A stretch of DNA of 7,889 bases, taken from NCBI GenBank assembly GCA_018985225.1, contig JADGIF010000477.1, forward strand, positions 1 through 7,889. Direction: 5' to 3'. The number at the start of each line of letters is the position of its first letter. The first letter of the stretch is position 1. Below are positions 1 through 7,806 of the stretch, piece by piece. The notes below the pieces were generated by a model that saw only the letters and a program-made list of their open reading frames with translations, had not been told where the DNA came from and searched no databases. A program made the translations under genes and the position numbers. This DNA is from Amoeboradix gromovi X-113. Its lineage: Eukaryota > Fungi > Sanchytriomycota.

Positions 1-213
1 CAAAATGACTCTAGAAAAGAGTACCGTCTAAGAAAATGCACCTTTTGCTTAGATGCTCCAAGACCTCATATATTTGAACGAGATGCAGGGTCTTCTTCTT
101 TTATTTTAAAAAGAGGAATACAATCAATGAAAGAAAATTGGTATAATAGAAGATCTTTTATTAATGATGGCATTTCCTCCGTATGGTGCACCTTTAAAAA
201 TGAGTTAGTCTAG
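1..213 (+). CDS. 3' end (5'-truncated by the window) of a probable Fanzor/TnpB-family RuvC nuclease, Fanzor1-like C-terminus
   Basis: Frame +1 is open from base 1 to TAG 211-213 and is absent from the ORF track: QNDSRKEYRLRKCTFCLDAPRPHIFERDAGSSSFILKRGIQSMKENWYNRRSFINDGISSVWCTFKNELV*. RxxxCxxC followed by FERDAGSSSFI matches the second zinc-finger half plus the RuvC-III (W/F)xRDxNAAxNI layout, though the part after RD is divergent. The ORF ends inside a repeated element-end-like sequence. Confidence 0.58.
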   Translation, partial: QNDSRKEYRLRKCTFCLDAPRPHIFERDAGSSSFILKRGIQSMKENWYNRRSFINDGISSVWCTFKNELV

Positions 214-233
214 TTTTTATATTTGGTCTCCCA
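149..233 (+). repeat. Copy A of an ~85-bp inverted repeat pair (partner 7807-7889); likely transposon end
   Basis: GAAGATCTTTTATTAATGA-TGGCA-TTTCCTCCGTATGGTGCACC-TTTAAAAATGAGTTAGTCTAGTTTTTATATTTGGTCTCCCA aligns to the reverse complement of 7807-7889 with one 5-nt indel, one 3-nt indel and 2 substitutions. Identity stops abruptly after CCCA. Confidence 0.96.
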
Positions 234-250
234 AAAGGAATTAAATGAAG
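149..250 (+). ncRNA. Putative Fanzor omega-RNA (scaffold to ~232/233 plus flank-derived guide); 5' boundary unknown
   Basis: Inferred from position: conserved sequence overlapping the nuclease stop codon and ending at a sharp boundary. Small stems are visible (CTCC-GTAT-GGAG in copy B; a G-U-rich GAGTTAG/TTGGTCTC pairing). No expression evidence. Confidence 0.45.
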
Positions 251-744
251 GAAATAATAAAAAGACTTTTCATCGAGAAAATATGCACTTCTAAGTATAG
301 TCATTCTATCCTTCAAACTGTGCAGCTATCTTCTTCTGTTGAATAAAACACTTATGGCAATTGCTTGACCTTCATCTGAGGATTTATGTTTGGGTTTGCT
401 AATTTTTCAGACCGTTCCGAATCGATAAAGGCTTTACTTAATGTAGATTCTAAATTTATATACAAAGCTTGTGAAAGTCAAACATATAGACTATTATAAA
501 CTCGAGATTAGACAAACCTGAAATCGTCAGGTGGATTGTTTTCTTGAATAAATCATTTATTGCGAATTTGTATGCATTTTTACATAATTTCATGACTTTT
601 TCCGATTTTTCCAATAGCCTAAATACTCGATATTCTTCCTTTTCACAAATTGTAAATGAAATAAATAGATTTAATCCTGAATATGTGAAATCGAAAGAAA
701 TAACTAACAGGGACAGCATACATTCATCAGCAATGAGGAACTGA
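245..744 (+). pseudogene. Possible degenerate unassigned coding fragment
   Basis: Frame +2 reads MKEIIKRLFIEKICTSKYSHSILQTVQLSSSVE*NTYGNCLTFI*GFMFGFANFSDRSESIKALLNVDSKFIYKACESQTY, then frame +1 reads TIINSRLDKPEIVRWIVFLNKSFIANLYAFLHNF... to 744. Long stop-poor runs in very AT-rich DNA, but no recognised family. Confidence 0.25.
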
Positions 745-750
745 TCCAAA

Positions 751-1089
751 CATGGAAGAAGTGATTACCTAAGACATATGATCTGATATACTTACCGTCA
801 TTCAATACGAGCCAAATGATAAATAGCTTGAGGAGTAAAGTAGCAAGAAATATGGTTAGAGTGTCCCATTACGCATTCAAGTAACGCTTGAAGTTCAAGT
901 GTAAAGAGAGGAAAGACGATAGTCAAAAGTAATAAAGTATTTACTACTCGGACTTGTACAAGGTGTAGTACTCTAAAGAAAACCAATTTAGAAAGCTACA
1001 CATGAACAAGGTGTCATTTTGATATAGATAGAGACCATATGGCAGCTAGGAACTTATCTCTCGTCCTTGTGGTTCAGTGTCAGTTATAA
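751..1089 (+). pseudogene. Fanzor2 / IS607-type TnpB pseudogene (C-terminal RuvC-II, zinc finger, RuvC-III)
   Basis: Frame +3 from 771: KTYDLIYLPSFNTSQMINSLRSKVARNMVRVSHYAFK*RLKFKCKE. After a frameshift in the GAGAG run at ~909, frame +1: RGKTIVKSNKVFTTRTCTRCSTLKKTNLESYT*TRCHFDIDRDHMAARNLSL. This matches the Fanzor2 pattern YD.I.LP.F.T..M...L.SK.AR.M...SHY.FKQRL..K...VxExYTS+TC..C...C..C....DRD.NAARNI. Stops at 882-884 and 1003-1005, the latter replacing a zinc-finger Cys. Confidence 0.92.
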
Positions 1090-1305
1090 AAGCTTTTTAT
1101 ATTTTGATTTGAAAAACAAAGAAATTTGGTTGAATGATCAAGCTTCAGAACTGAAAATAAGTGCTGTTATCATCCCGTTTACCACAGAAGAGAGATGTAC
1201 ACAGGCTTATGCCAAATCAGATATATCTAAGCTTCAAGTCAAGATTACTGGAGGGCATTGGTTTTATGAGAATACGAGTGAAATGGCAGCATGACAAATA
1301 GACAG

Positions 1306-2271
1306 TTATCTATTGTAGAGGTCAAGTTTCTTCCCAATGGCCCATAACTCATTCAAAGTATTTACTTTATACTCTTCTGTTCCAAGCACTTTTGCATAAT
1401 TTTCAAGCGTACGGTTTCTTAATTTCTTGAAAATATCAAACGCATCCTTCTCAGTGCCATCTAACTTGATATGCAAATCGACATTTCTCTCTTTCTTTAA
1501 CAACAGCGCATAAATTATTGCTTCACTCAAGACAATGCTTTCTTGTTGGCAATAAGAATTTAGGATATCTAGAAGCAATAGCTGATACGTCCCTTGAATT
1601 GAATCTACATCATTATCAAGAAAATCTTGAAGATCAGCCTGGGCCTTTAACAAATTCCTCTTGTTGTAAATAATAGCCCACTGTTTGTCTGCTTCTGGTG
1701 ATTTGCATACAAGTGAGCTGGGAATCTTAAGGGTGTTACCTTTCGCTTTGCAGAACTCAGCCAATCTATCTTGAAGGTGTTTGATCACATCGCTAATACA
1801 AATGCCATAGATTAGCTCTACTACAGTGGTTTTTAACTGAGTGGCTTCACTTTCCCATCTCTGGCGTTCTTCCTCACTTTTGATTCTTTGCTCTTCACTT
1901 TTGATTCTTTGCTCTTCACTTTTGATTCTTTGCTCCTTCTCTGCTTCTAACATCCGCTTGATGCCACTTATTTCCTTCATTAATTCTCGTATCATGGATA
2001 TGTGAGTAGCTTCTAAACTAACCATGACTTGCATTGAAGGCTTTCTTTCTAATGCTAAATCATATATCTCATGCAATTTTGTTTCTGAAATGCCTTCAAA
2101 TTCTGTCCTTATGATTCTTAATAAATGATCCTTTAACTCATCTTTGGAAATCACTTCTTTAATATTGGATAGTTCATCTATAAACCTCAGTAATGCCTTT
2201 TCAATTTTTTCCGATTCTTCAGATGACAAAGTAGGCATGAATCCAATAGGGGAATTTGATTTTATTAACAT
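1306..2271 (-). CDS. Intact 321-aa hypothetical protein: helical N-terminus, central coiled coil with 3x EQRIKSE repeat, C-terminal helical domain with RNxxxH (HEPN-like) motif
   Basis: Uninterrupted ATG-to-TAA ORF of 966 nt in AT-rich DNA with an E/K/L-rich composition. KKERNVDLH lies near the C-terminus (RNVDLH at 1471-1488). Confidence 0.85.
   Translation of the reverse strand: MLIKSNSPIGFMPTLSSEESEKIEKALLRFIDELSNIKEVISKDELKDHLLRIIRTEFEGISETKLHEIYDLALERKPSMQVMVSLEATHISMIRELMKEISGIKRMLEAEKEQRIKSEEQRIKSEEQRIKSEEERQRWESEATQLKTTVVELIYGICISDVIKHLQDRLAEFCKAKGNTLKIPSSLVCKSPEADKQWAIIYNKRNLLKAQADLQDFLDNDVDSIQGTYQLLLLDILNSYCQQESIVLSEAIIYALLLKKERNVDLHIKLDGTEKDAFDIFKKLRNRTLENYAKVLGTEEYKVNTLNELWAIGKKLDLYNR
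1874..1935. repeat. In-frame 21-bp coding tandem repeat, 3 copies
   Basis: TCACTTTTGATTCTTTGCTC(T) starts at 1874, 1895 and 1916. It encodes the heptad EQRIKSE on the minus strand. Confidence 0.97.
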
Positions 2272-2413
2272 TTACGTAACCAATAAAATCAAAAGAATGC
2301 ATTCATATAAATAGCAACATTGGCTAAGTTGAATGCCTAGTATAGACATAACAGACTAACTTGCAAGCAGAATATAGATACACTCAAGATATAAAATTAT
2401 TTATTGATATTAA

Positions 2414-2977
2414 TTAATCAACAAGATTCAAGTCGTGCATGTAGAAGAAATAATCACCCACATCATCGAGCCCAGTTTTGGATTTGGCAGAGTTCTCTAT
2501 GTTTTGATGGAGCAAACATATTACAGCAGAGCGAATGATGCCAAGAGAAGTGTTTTCAAAATGGCGCCTCATATTGGTTCCAGTGCAATGCGCAGTCTCG
2601 CCATTGTTAAATAATTCAGAACTATCAACAATTGCAGAGAAGCTGACAAAGAAGCTGAAGACTTTTGGAATTCACACAGGAGGATTATAGCAGCACTACA
2701 ATTAGTAAAAGGTATGCAAGGATTGATGAATTGATGAGGTTGGATGTCCATATTGCATAACCGTAGATTCTGGTGCGATCACTACAAGCACAGTCACCTT
2801 ACTGAAGAGAGATAGCCTGAAACAAGTTAGACTGCCAGTGGAAGATGTCCTGGATGTTATCAGCAAATTGACAAATGGATTCGCCTACATGGAAGACGAC
2901 GAATTATGCAGTACGGCTGGACATGGTCAAACGTAGTAGATAGGTACACTGTAGTAGAACAAAAACAAGAGGAATGA
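2414..2977 (+). pseudogene. GRS1: Glycyl-tRNA synthetase (eukaryotic alpha2 type) C-terminal fragment: motif 3 plus anticodon-binding domain, frameshifted
   Basis: Pieces in order: +2 VVHVEEIITHIIEPSFGFGRVLYVLMEQTYYSRANDAKRSVFKMAPHI; +3 PVQCAVSPLLNNSELSTIAEKLTKKLKTFGIHT; +1 EDYSSTTISKRYARIDE; +3 VGCPYCITVDSGAITTSTVTLLKRDSLKQVRLPVEDVLDVISKLTNG; +2 WTWSNVVDRYTVVEQKQEE* (TGA 2975-2977). These match GlyRS VIEPSFGIGRI, SIGKRYARxDExGxP, VTLRERDSxxQVR and TWxxVxxRY. Frameshifts at about 2579, 2679, 2730 and 2880-2920. Confidence 0.93.
2722..2737. repeat. Perfect 8-bp tandem duplication ATTGATGA x2 causing a frameshift in the GlyRS pseudogene
   Basis: Removing one copy restores AGG ATT GAT GAG GTT GGA TGT CCA = RIDEVGCP. 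Confidence 0.9.
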
Positions 2978-3309
2978 AATAAATTGGATATAAAATCTTA
3001 CATTTGCAATAAAAAATATTTCAATAGTTGAAGAAACAGACCCCGGCTGTAATGCTTACAAGCAAATAAATCATCCATGATGTCTTTCTACTCGATTCTA
3101 TATCCTCGGATACTTGCATGGAATGATGCTCAATTTGCTAATTAAGAACTCGGATGTTCTTGGATCACATTTGCGCTCTCACAAAAGAGCATACATAATG
3201 TTTGTGGAATTTAGTGCTAATATTGAGGATGACTTGAGCCTCAATTATTATCTCTTTGTACCTGACTCGTTGGAGACTAGGGCATTGTCTGGGAGACCTT
3301 GCCGCGTAG

Positions 3310-3881
3310 TGCATGAATAGAATGGATGCTGTTATTGCAAAACGAGGATTCCTAAATACAGCGATATTTTCAATCGTAATTTGGGTGTGCTCGTCGGAAA
3401 ATATTTTGTTGATGGCTTATTTTGACAAATGGTTTTTGGTGCCATGCCCTGTTCATTTATATGCAAACTATATGTTTTTTGGACTGTTTGTCTCCTGTAC
3501 GAAAAGAACTCTGGGCTGATCAAAGTCTTAGTTGAGGAAGAGCTGGGAGCTTTTATTCTCAAAATGAGTTTTTTTGAAAATTAATAACTAGAATGAGGGC
3601 CTTGACATACAAAATTAAAATTAAAGAGAATAATTTGACTCGCGATGAAGCGTTTGAAATCCATTTTAACCAGACGAAATTTTTTAAACCAAGAGTTTTA
3701 ATTGCTATTATTTGTATCATTTGGTGCAATAGCTGGAAGTGTTGTTTTATAGTTTAACTCACAGATTGCTACAAGTCGATGCACGTTCGCAATGTACATA
3801 CCTCTTTACTCTACAATAGCAGTAATGACTGCTATATCATATTTTTTTGCTTATTTGTTGAGGAGAGCATCTGATCCGTGA
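3310..3881 (+). pseudogene. Fragment of a multi-pass membrane protein resembling the TM region of 7TM-RGS (GprK/AtRGS1-like) proteins
   Basis: +1 CMNRMDAVIAKRGFLNTAIFSIVIWVCSSENILLMAYFDKWFLVPCPVHLYANYMFFGLFVSC; ~82-nt interruption; +2 LITRMRALTYKIKIKENNL...KFFKPRVLIAI; +3 FVSFGAIAGSVVL*FNSQIATSRCTFAMYIPLYSTIAVMTAISYFFAYLLRRASDP*. The order R....I.KR / PC / R..L / C...Y.P.Y / LR...D fits this family as recalled. No RGS domain is seen. Confidence 0.55.
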
Positions 3882-4823
3882 CTTGTATATGCATGTCATT
3901 GAAGTGTGGGAATTTATTTAACAAGGAAAGATTCCAAGAAAAAATAGCAGTGTTTGTTTAACGTTCCAATGAAAATAATTTACTTCCCGAATTCTTTATT
4001 TGTTACTTCATGCTATATCAATGAAAAGAGGCCCAATAGACCATGTATACTACCCCATTCTATCTATTAATTGATGTTCCCAATGAAAGGAAACTCGGTC
4101 CCAAAGGTCTATATACTCAACACTACAAGTTTTATTCCACACCAAATCTTCATTTCATCTTCATCCTCAGGCCTTTTGGCTTTGGCGACATTTCAAACGA
4201 AAAGTAGCCAGCAACATCAATTCCATGACTAACAATTGAAATAAATTTCCAGTCACAACGTCCTAGGCAGTTTCTATCATGATATAGGCTTTATCTCATC
4301 TGTATGGAAGACCTTCGCTTCTGATATAAATTTGCAATTGAATTGTTTCCTCGAGTACACTTGTATCCATCTTTGTCGAGTACTTATTTACAAGACCAAG
4401 GTATTGTTCGTATACAGTTCTATAGATCCATGGCACGAAACCTGGTATAGATTTTGAAGGCCAAGTTGCGGCCACCCAGCTACTTCAAACAAAGTCGAAA
4501 ATTAGAACGAATGGATTTAAGGCAATATATCAGTACAATACAGAAACTGTTGCCAAGTTGACCTTGCAATTTATTGTAAGCTGTGTATCAAATCAAGGTG
4601 GTGTAGACTGTGTAAAGAGATTGCTGGATAGCAATGTGAAACTGGTACTGATTTTTACCAGTTGAAGTGCTATTCATAAGGCCCTTCGGATGCTGCAGCG
4701 AAACTATCACATTCTCTTAGTACATCTTCAGATATTATCATTATGATGAAGAAGCGGTTTAATAAGAAATTTAATAAACATGTTCACCTCTGCTTTTATT
4801 TCACTATTGCAAATTATTGCAAC

Positions 4824-4913
4824 GACCCCAAAATAACAGAAAATTTTCAGGGGCTGGTCAACAATGGTCTTACGTATCACTTTGTGGAAGGGAAGAATTG
4901 TCGGAAATTTATG
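4824..4913 (+). pseudogene. Possible short hAT-transposase-like remnant
   Basis: DPKITENFQGLVNNGLTYHFVEGKNCRKFM within ORF 4743-5039 resembles the hAT 'vxxglPfxfVExxxFrxfm' segment. It is short and has no DDE region. Confidence 0.25.
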
Positions 4914-5751
4914 ACGAGCGCTGTTTGCGATAGAAACTATTTCTGGAGCGGGGGCGCTAAAATCCTAGTCAATGTTGCACCTTTGGAGACAATAGAGATG
5001 TTGCCACATATTGGCGACTCCTGTCCACGGAGGATTTAATCGGAAGACTTCGAAAAGAAGGTGACCAAAGATTTAAAAGAATCTATTAGCAAATATGTAA
5101 TATTCTAGAAGAATAAGACGAAATATTAGAGAATGGAAAAATCTAATGCCGGGGAACACTACTTAGCAACTATTTCTCCATTCTTTTAGCAGACACATTA
5201 GTCTTATGCTAATAACCACAGAGTAATTGAGCATGAAATAACATACTAGATGCTCATTGAAAATAAAACAAAGAACAAGGCAGGTCAGGGACACCCAGAT
5301 ACAAGAAAACGGGATTTATACTCACAATTGCCTAAAGTGGCAAATGCTTTCATATTTGCATACGGTACAGTGTTGAGATATTCCTCAAAAGTCACCTCAA
5401 AGTACCACATTGTTACGCAATAGTCACCATATGGCTAAACGAATAGCTCTGCCAGTCAAATCTTTCATAAATGTTAGCAGACATTCTATGAATTGAAGGT
5501 TTGGTTCATATTCTTTGTAGCATTTTGGGAATTGGATAAGATAATGACTAATTGAGTTTAATCGAAGTAGTCTGGTACGATTTACGTAAGAAAACTCTTG
5601 CTCTATTTTCTTTGCAGGTTTATCGTGATGGTTTGATGGGTATTTCTCATGACCATCAATGTATATCACAAGCTCTGCCCGTATATGCACAACTTTAGTC
5701 AAAAACCAACTTTGGTAACATTTACCAAAGACGAATTGATTACATAGCTCA

Positions 5752-7617
5752 GTAGCGCCAAGCAAAGTCTTTACTTCTCTTTCGTTGCTGCAAGTATTGA
5801 AACATCTGCTACGCGATTTGCCAGACCAGATCATCAAATACTACGAGACCAAAGTGTCCATTGAGCGTATTTCCAAGTTTATCACACCCACACATAACGT
5901 GAGCAAGCATGCCGCTGCTTCAAATAAGATATCTTTCAACAACGCGTTGTTCGGTTACATGCTGTGGCAGATAAAGCCGTTCACGTTGACCACACCTAGC
6001 AAGAAACTGACTGTTGTAATCGGCAGCACATCCAGTGGTAAGTCCAGTTTTCTGCGTGCTATTTTGCAGGAAATTCCGCTGCTATCGGGCACAATGAGTG
6101 TGCCTGACGTTCCGATATCATATGTGCCCCAGCAGCCGTGGCTAGTGCATGCAACCATAAGAGAGAATAAACTCTTTGGCAGTGCATTCGACGAGGCTAG
6201 ATATCACGCCGCACTCCACGATGCATCCATACTAAAGGACCTTGAGGCATTGCAAGGCAGCGATTTCACTGAAATAGGACAAGGCGGCATAAACTTATCG
6301 GGAGGCCAAAGACAAAAAATAGCACTAGCAAGAGCCATTTACCAAGACAACGATATTTACATTTTGGACGATGACCTCAGTGCTGTCGATGCGTCCACTC
6401 AGAACCATATCCTACACCACTGCCTACTGGACCATTTGAAAGATAAAACCAGAGTGATAGCCACCCATGCCACCAACCTCCTAGTCAGCCATGCAGATCA
6501 CATAGTAATCATGGACAAGGGCAGCGTCACGCATTCTGGGGACTACGAGTCACTGCGTCCTACACTGATCCGACTGGGACACCTAAACCCTGCCGCAATT
6601 TCTGCCAGTCGGGTCGCGCAGAGCAGGAAATCGGTTTTGAGGGAGCTGTCTGAAAACAGGCTGTCAGAGTCGCTTGGTACCAAGCTCATTGAGGAGGAGG
6701 AAATATCAAACGGCAGTGTCCAATTCAGGATATACCTATTCTACATTGCTTGCTCTGGCGGTGTGTTTGTCTGGGTTTTGCTATGCTGCAGAGAGTTCAT
6801 CAACCACGGACTGAGGGTGTCGCAGGACTACTGGCTGAATGTATGGAGCACCGAGTCACTAACCTCCACAGCCGATAACGCATCTCACTATCTGCTGCTT
6901 TACATACTTTTAGGTCTCCTGGGCATCGTGTTCAATTTTGTCTTCCAGGTCTTTGAGTTCAGAACTGCACTGAAAGGGTCGTCCAGGACACACGAGCTGC
7001 TTTTGAAGGGTGTGCTGAGCACTCCTGTTAGATTCTTTGATGTGACGCCTGTCGGCAGGATAATAAACCGATTTAGCAAAGATGTTCAGGTTGTGGACAG
7101 AAATGTTAGCAGCTCTATGCTAAGTGTGCTATACTGCACACTGGGCACACTGGTTATCGTAGTCATGATCATAAGCATTGCTCCCATATTTGTTTTTGGG
7201 ATGGTGCCTGTCTGCTGCGCCTATGTGTACATCAGCAAATACTACCTGAAAACATCGAGAGAACTCAAAAGACTGGAGAGTGTAAAAAAAAGCCCAATCT
7301 ACTCGTTGTTCTCAGAAACGCTGTTAGGCGCAGACACGATCAGGGCATTCCGCAAGCAGAAAGAGCAAACGGATGAAAACTACAGCAGAATAAACTACTA
7401 CCAGCGTACATTCTTTTACCTGTGGGTAAGCAACAGATGGCTCGGAATACGCACAGAATGGCTCGGCTCTTTTACGACGTTTCTAAGCGGGTGTGCTATA
7501 CTGTTCAGCATAAGCTGGATTAGTCCTGGATTGACAGGGCTGTGCATGAGCTACTCCTTTACTTTTACAGACCAGGTGTTATGGATGGTGAGGTACAATG
7601 CAGAGTTTGAATTCAAC
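5752..7617 (+). pseudogene. ABCC/MRP-family ABC transporter internal fragment (end of TMD1, NBD1, linker, TMD2), truncated at both ends; host ORF is open 5740-7830
   Basis: Begins APSKVFTSLSLLQVLKHLLRDLPDQI...KVSIERISKF. Contains Walker A GSTSSGKS (6022-6045), YVPQQPW, signature LSGGQ (6295-6309), Walker B ILDDDLSAVD, FFDVTPVGRIINRFSKD, SRELKRLES and NRWLGIR. Homology ends at WMVRYNAEFEFN (7617), where (M)NSVER and NBD2 should follow. There is no ATG at the 5' edge and most of TMD1 is missing. Confidence 0.92.
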
Positions 7618-7806
7618 CAAATCCGCATTTTGAAGTGTCATAAATGTTGGAGTCACAGGTGTTTTGAGAGATGGCGTGGTCACTTTCTAGTGGGCACACT
7701 GAGATGGACGGCCATCCTCCACACGCCCATACCACAGATAAAAGCCGAGCCAGATAAATACTTTTCTGGTTGTGTGCAATCAACTTGCAATTTCATGGCG
7801 AACAAC

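Noticed and set aside
205-216. CTAG|T as a Helitron 3' terminus
   Set aside because: Identity between the two copies continues 20 nt past CTAG, so the boundary is at CCC(A), and there is no correctly spaced hairpin.
456-986. Track ORFs 456-749 (-) and 798-986 (-)
   Set aside because: No recognisable features. 798-986 is antisense to the Fanzor2 pseudogene.
1067-1294. 75-aa ORF, or an omega-RNA for the Fanzor2 pseudogene
   Set aside because: TTG start, no recognised motif, no convincing stems and no second copy. It may be another gene fragment but cannot be supported.
2340-2370. Mini-intron GTATAG...GACTAAC...CAG upstream of the GlyRS fragment
   Set aside because: No flanking GlyRS-like exon sequence could be read and the donor is weak.
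2569-2751. Track ORF 2569-2751 (-)
   Set aside because: Antisense shadow of the GlyRS pseudogene.
3001-3290. Minus-strand p24/emp24-like C-terminal fragment (IEHHSMQVSEDIESSRKTSWMIYLLVSITAGV...)
   Set aside because: The resemblance needs several assumed frameshifts and is too weak without a search.
4560-4680. Ankyrin-like GGVDCVKRLLDSNV, zinc-finger-like YCKLC, and an imperfect hairpin at 4628-4673
   Set aside because: These are competing short motifs in overlapping frames, none complete, and the hairpin is within chance expectation.
5955-6158. Track ORF 5955-6158 (-) and the 5' part of 5424-5837 (-)
   Set aside because: Antisense to the ABCC coding sequence.
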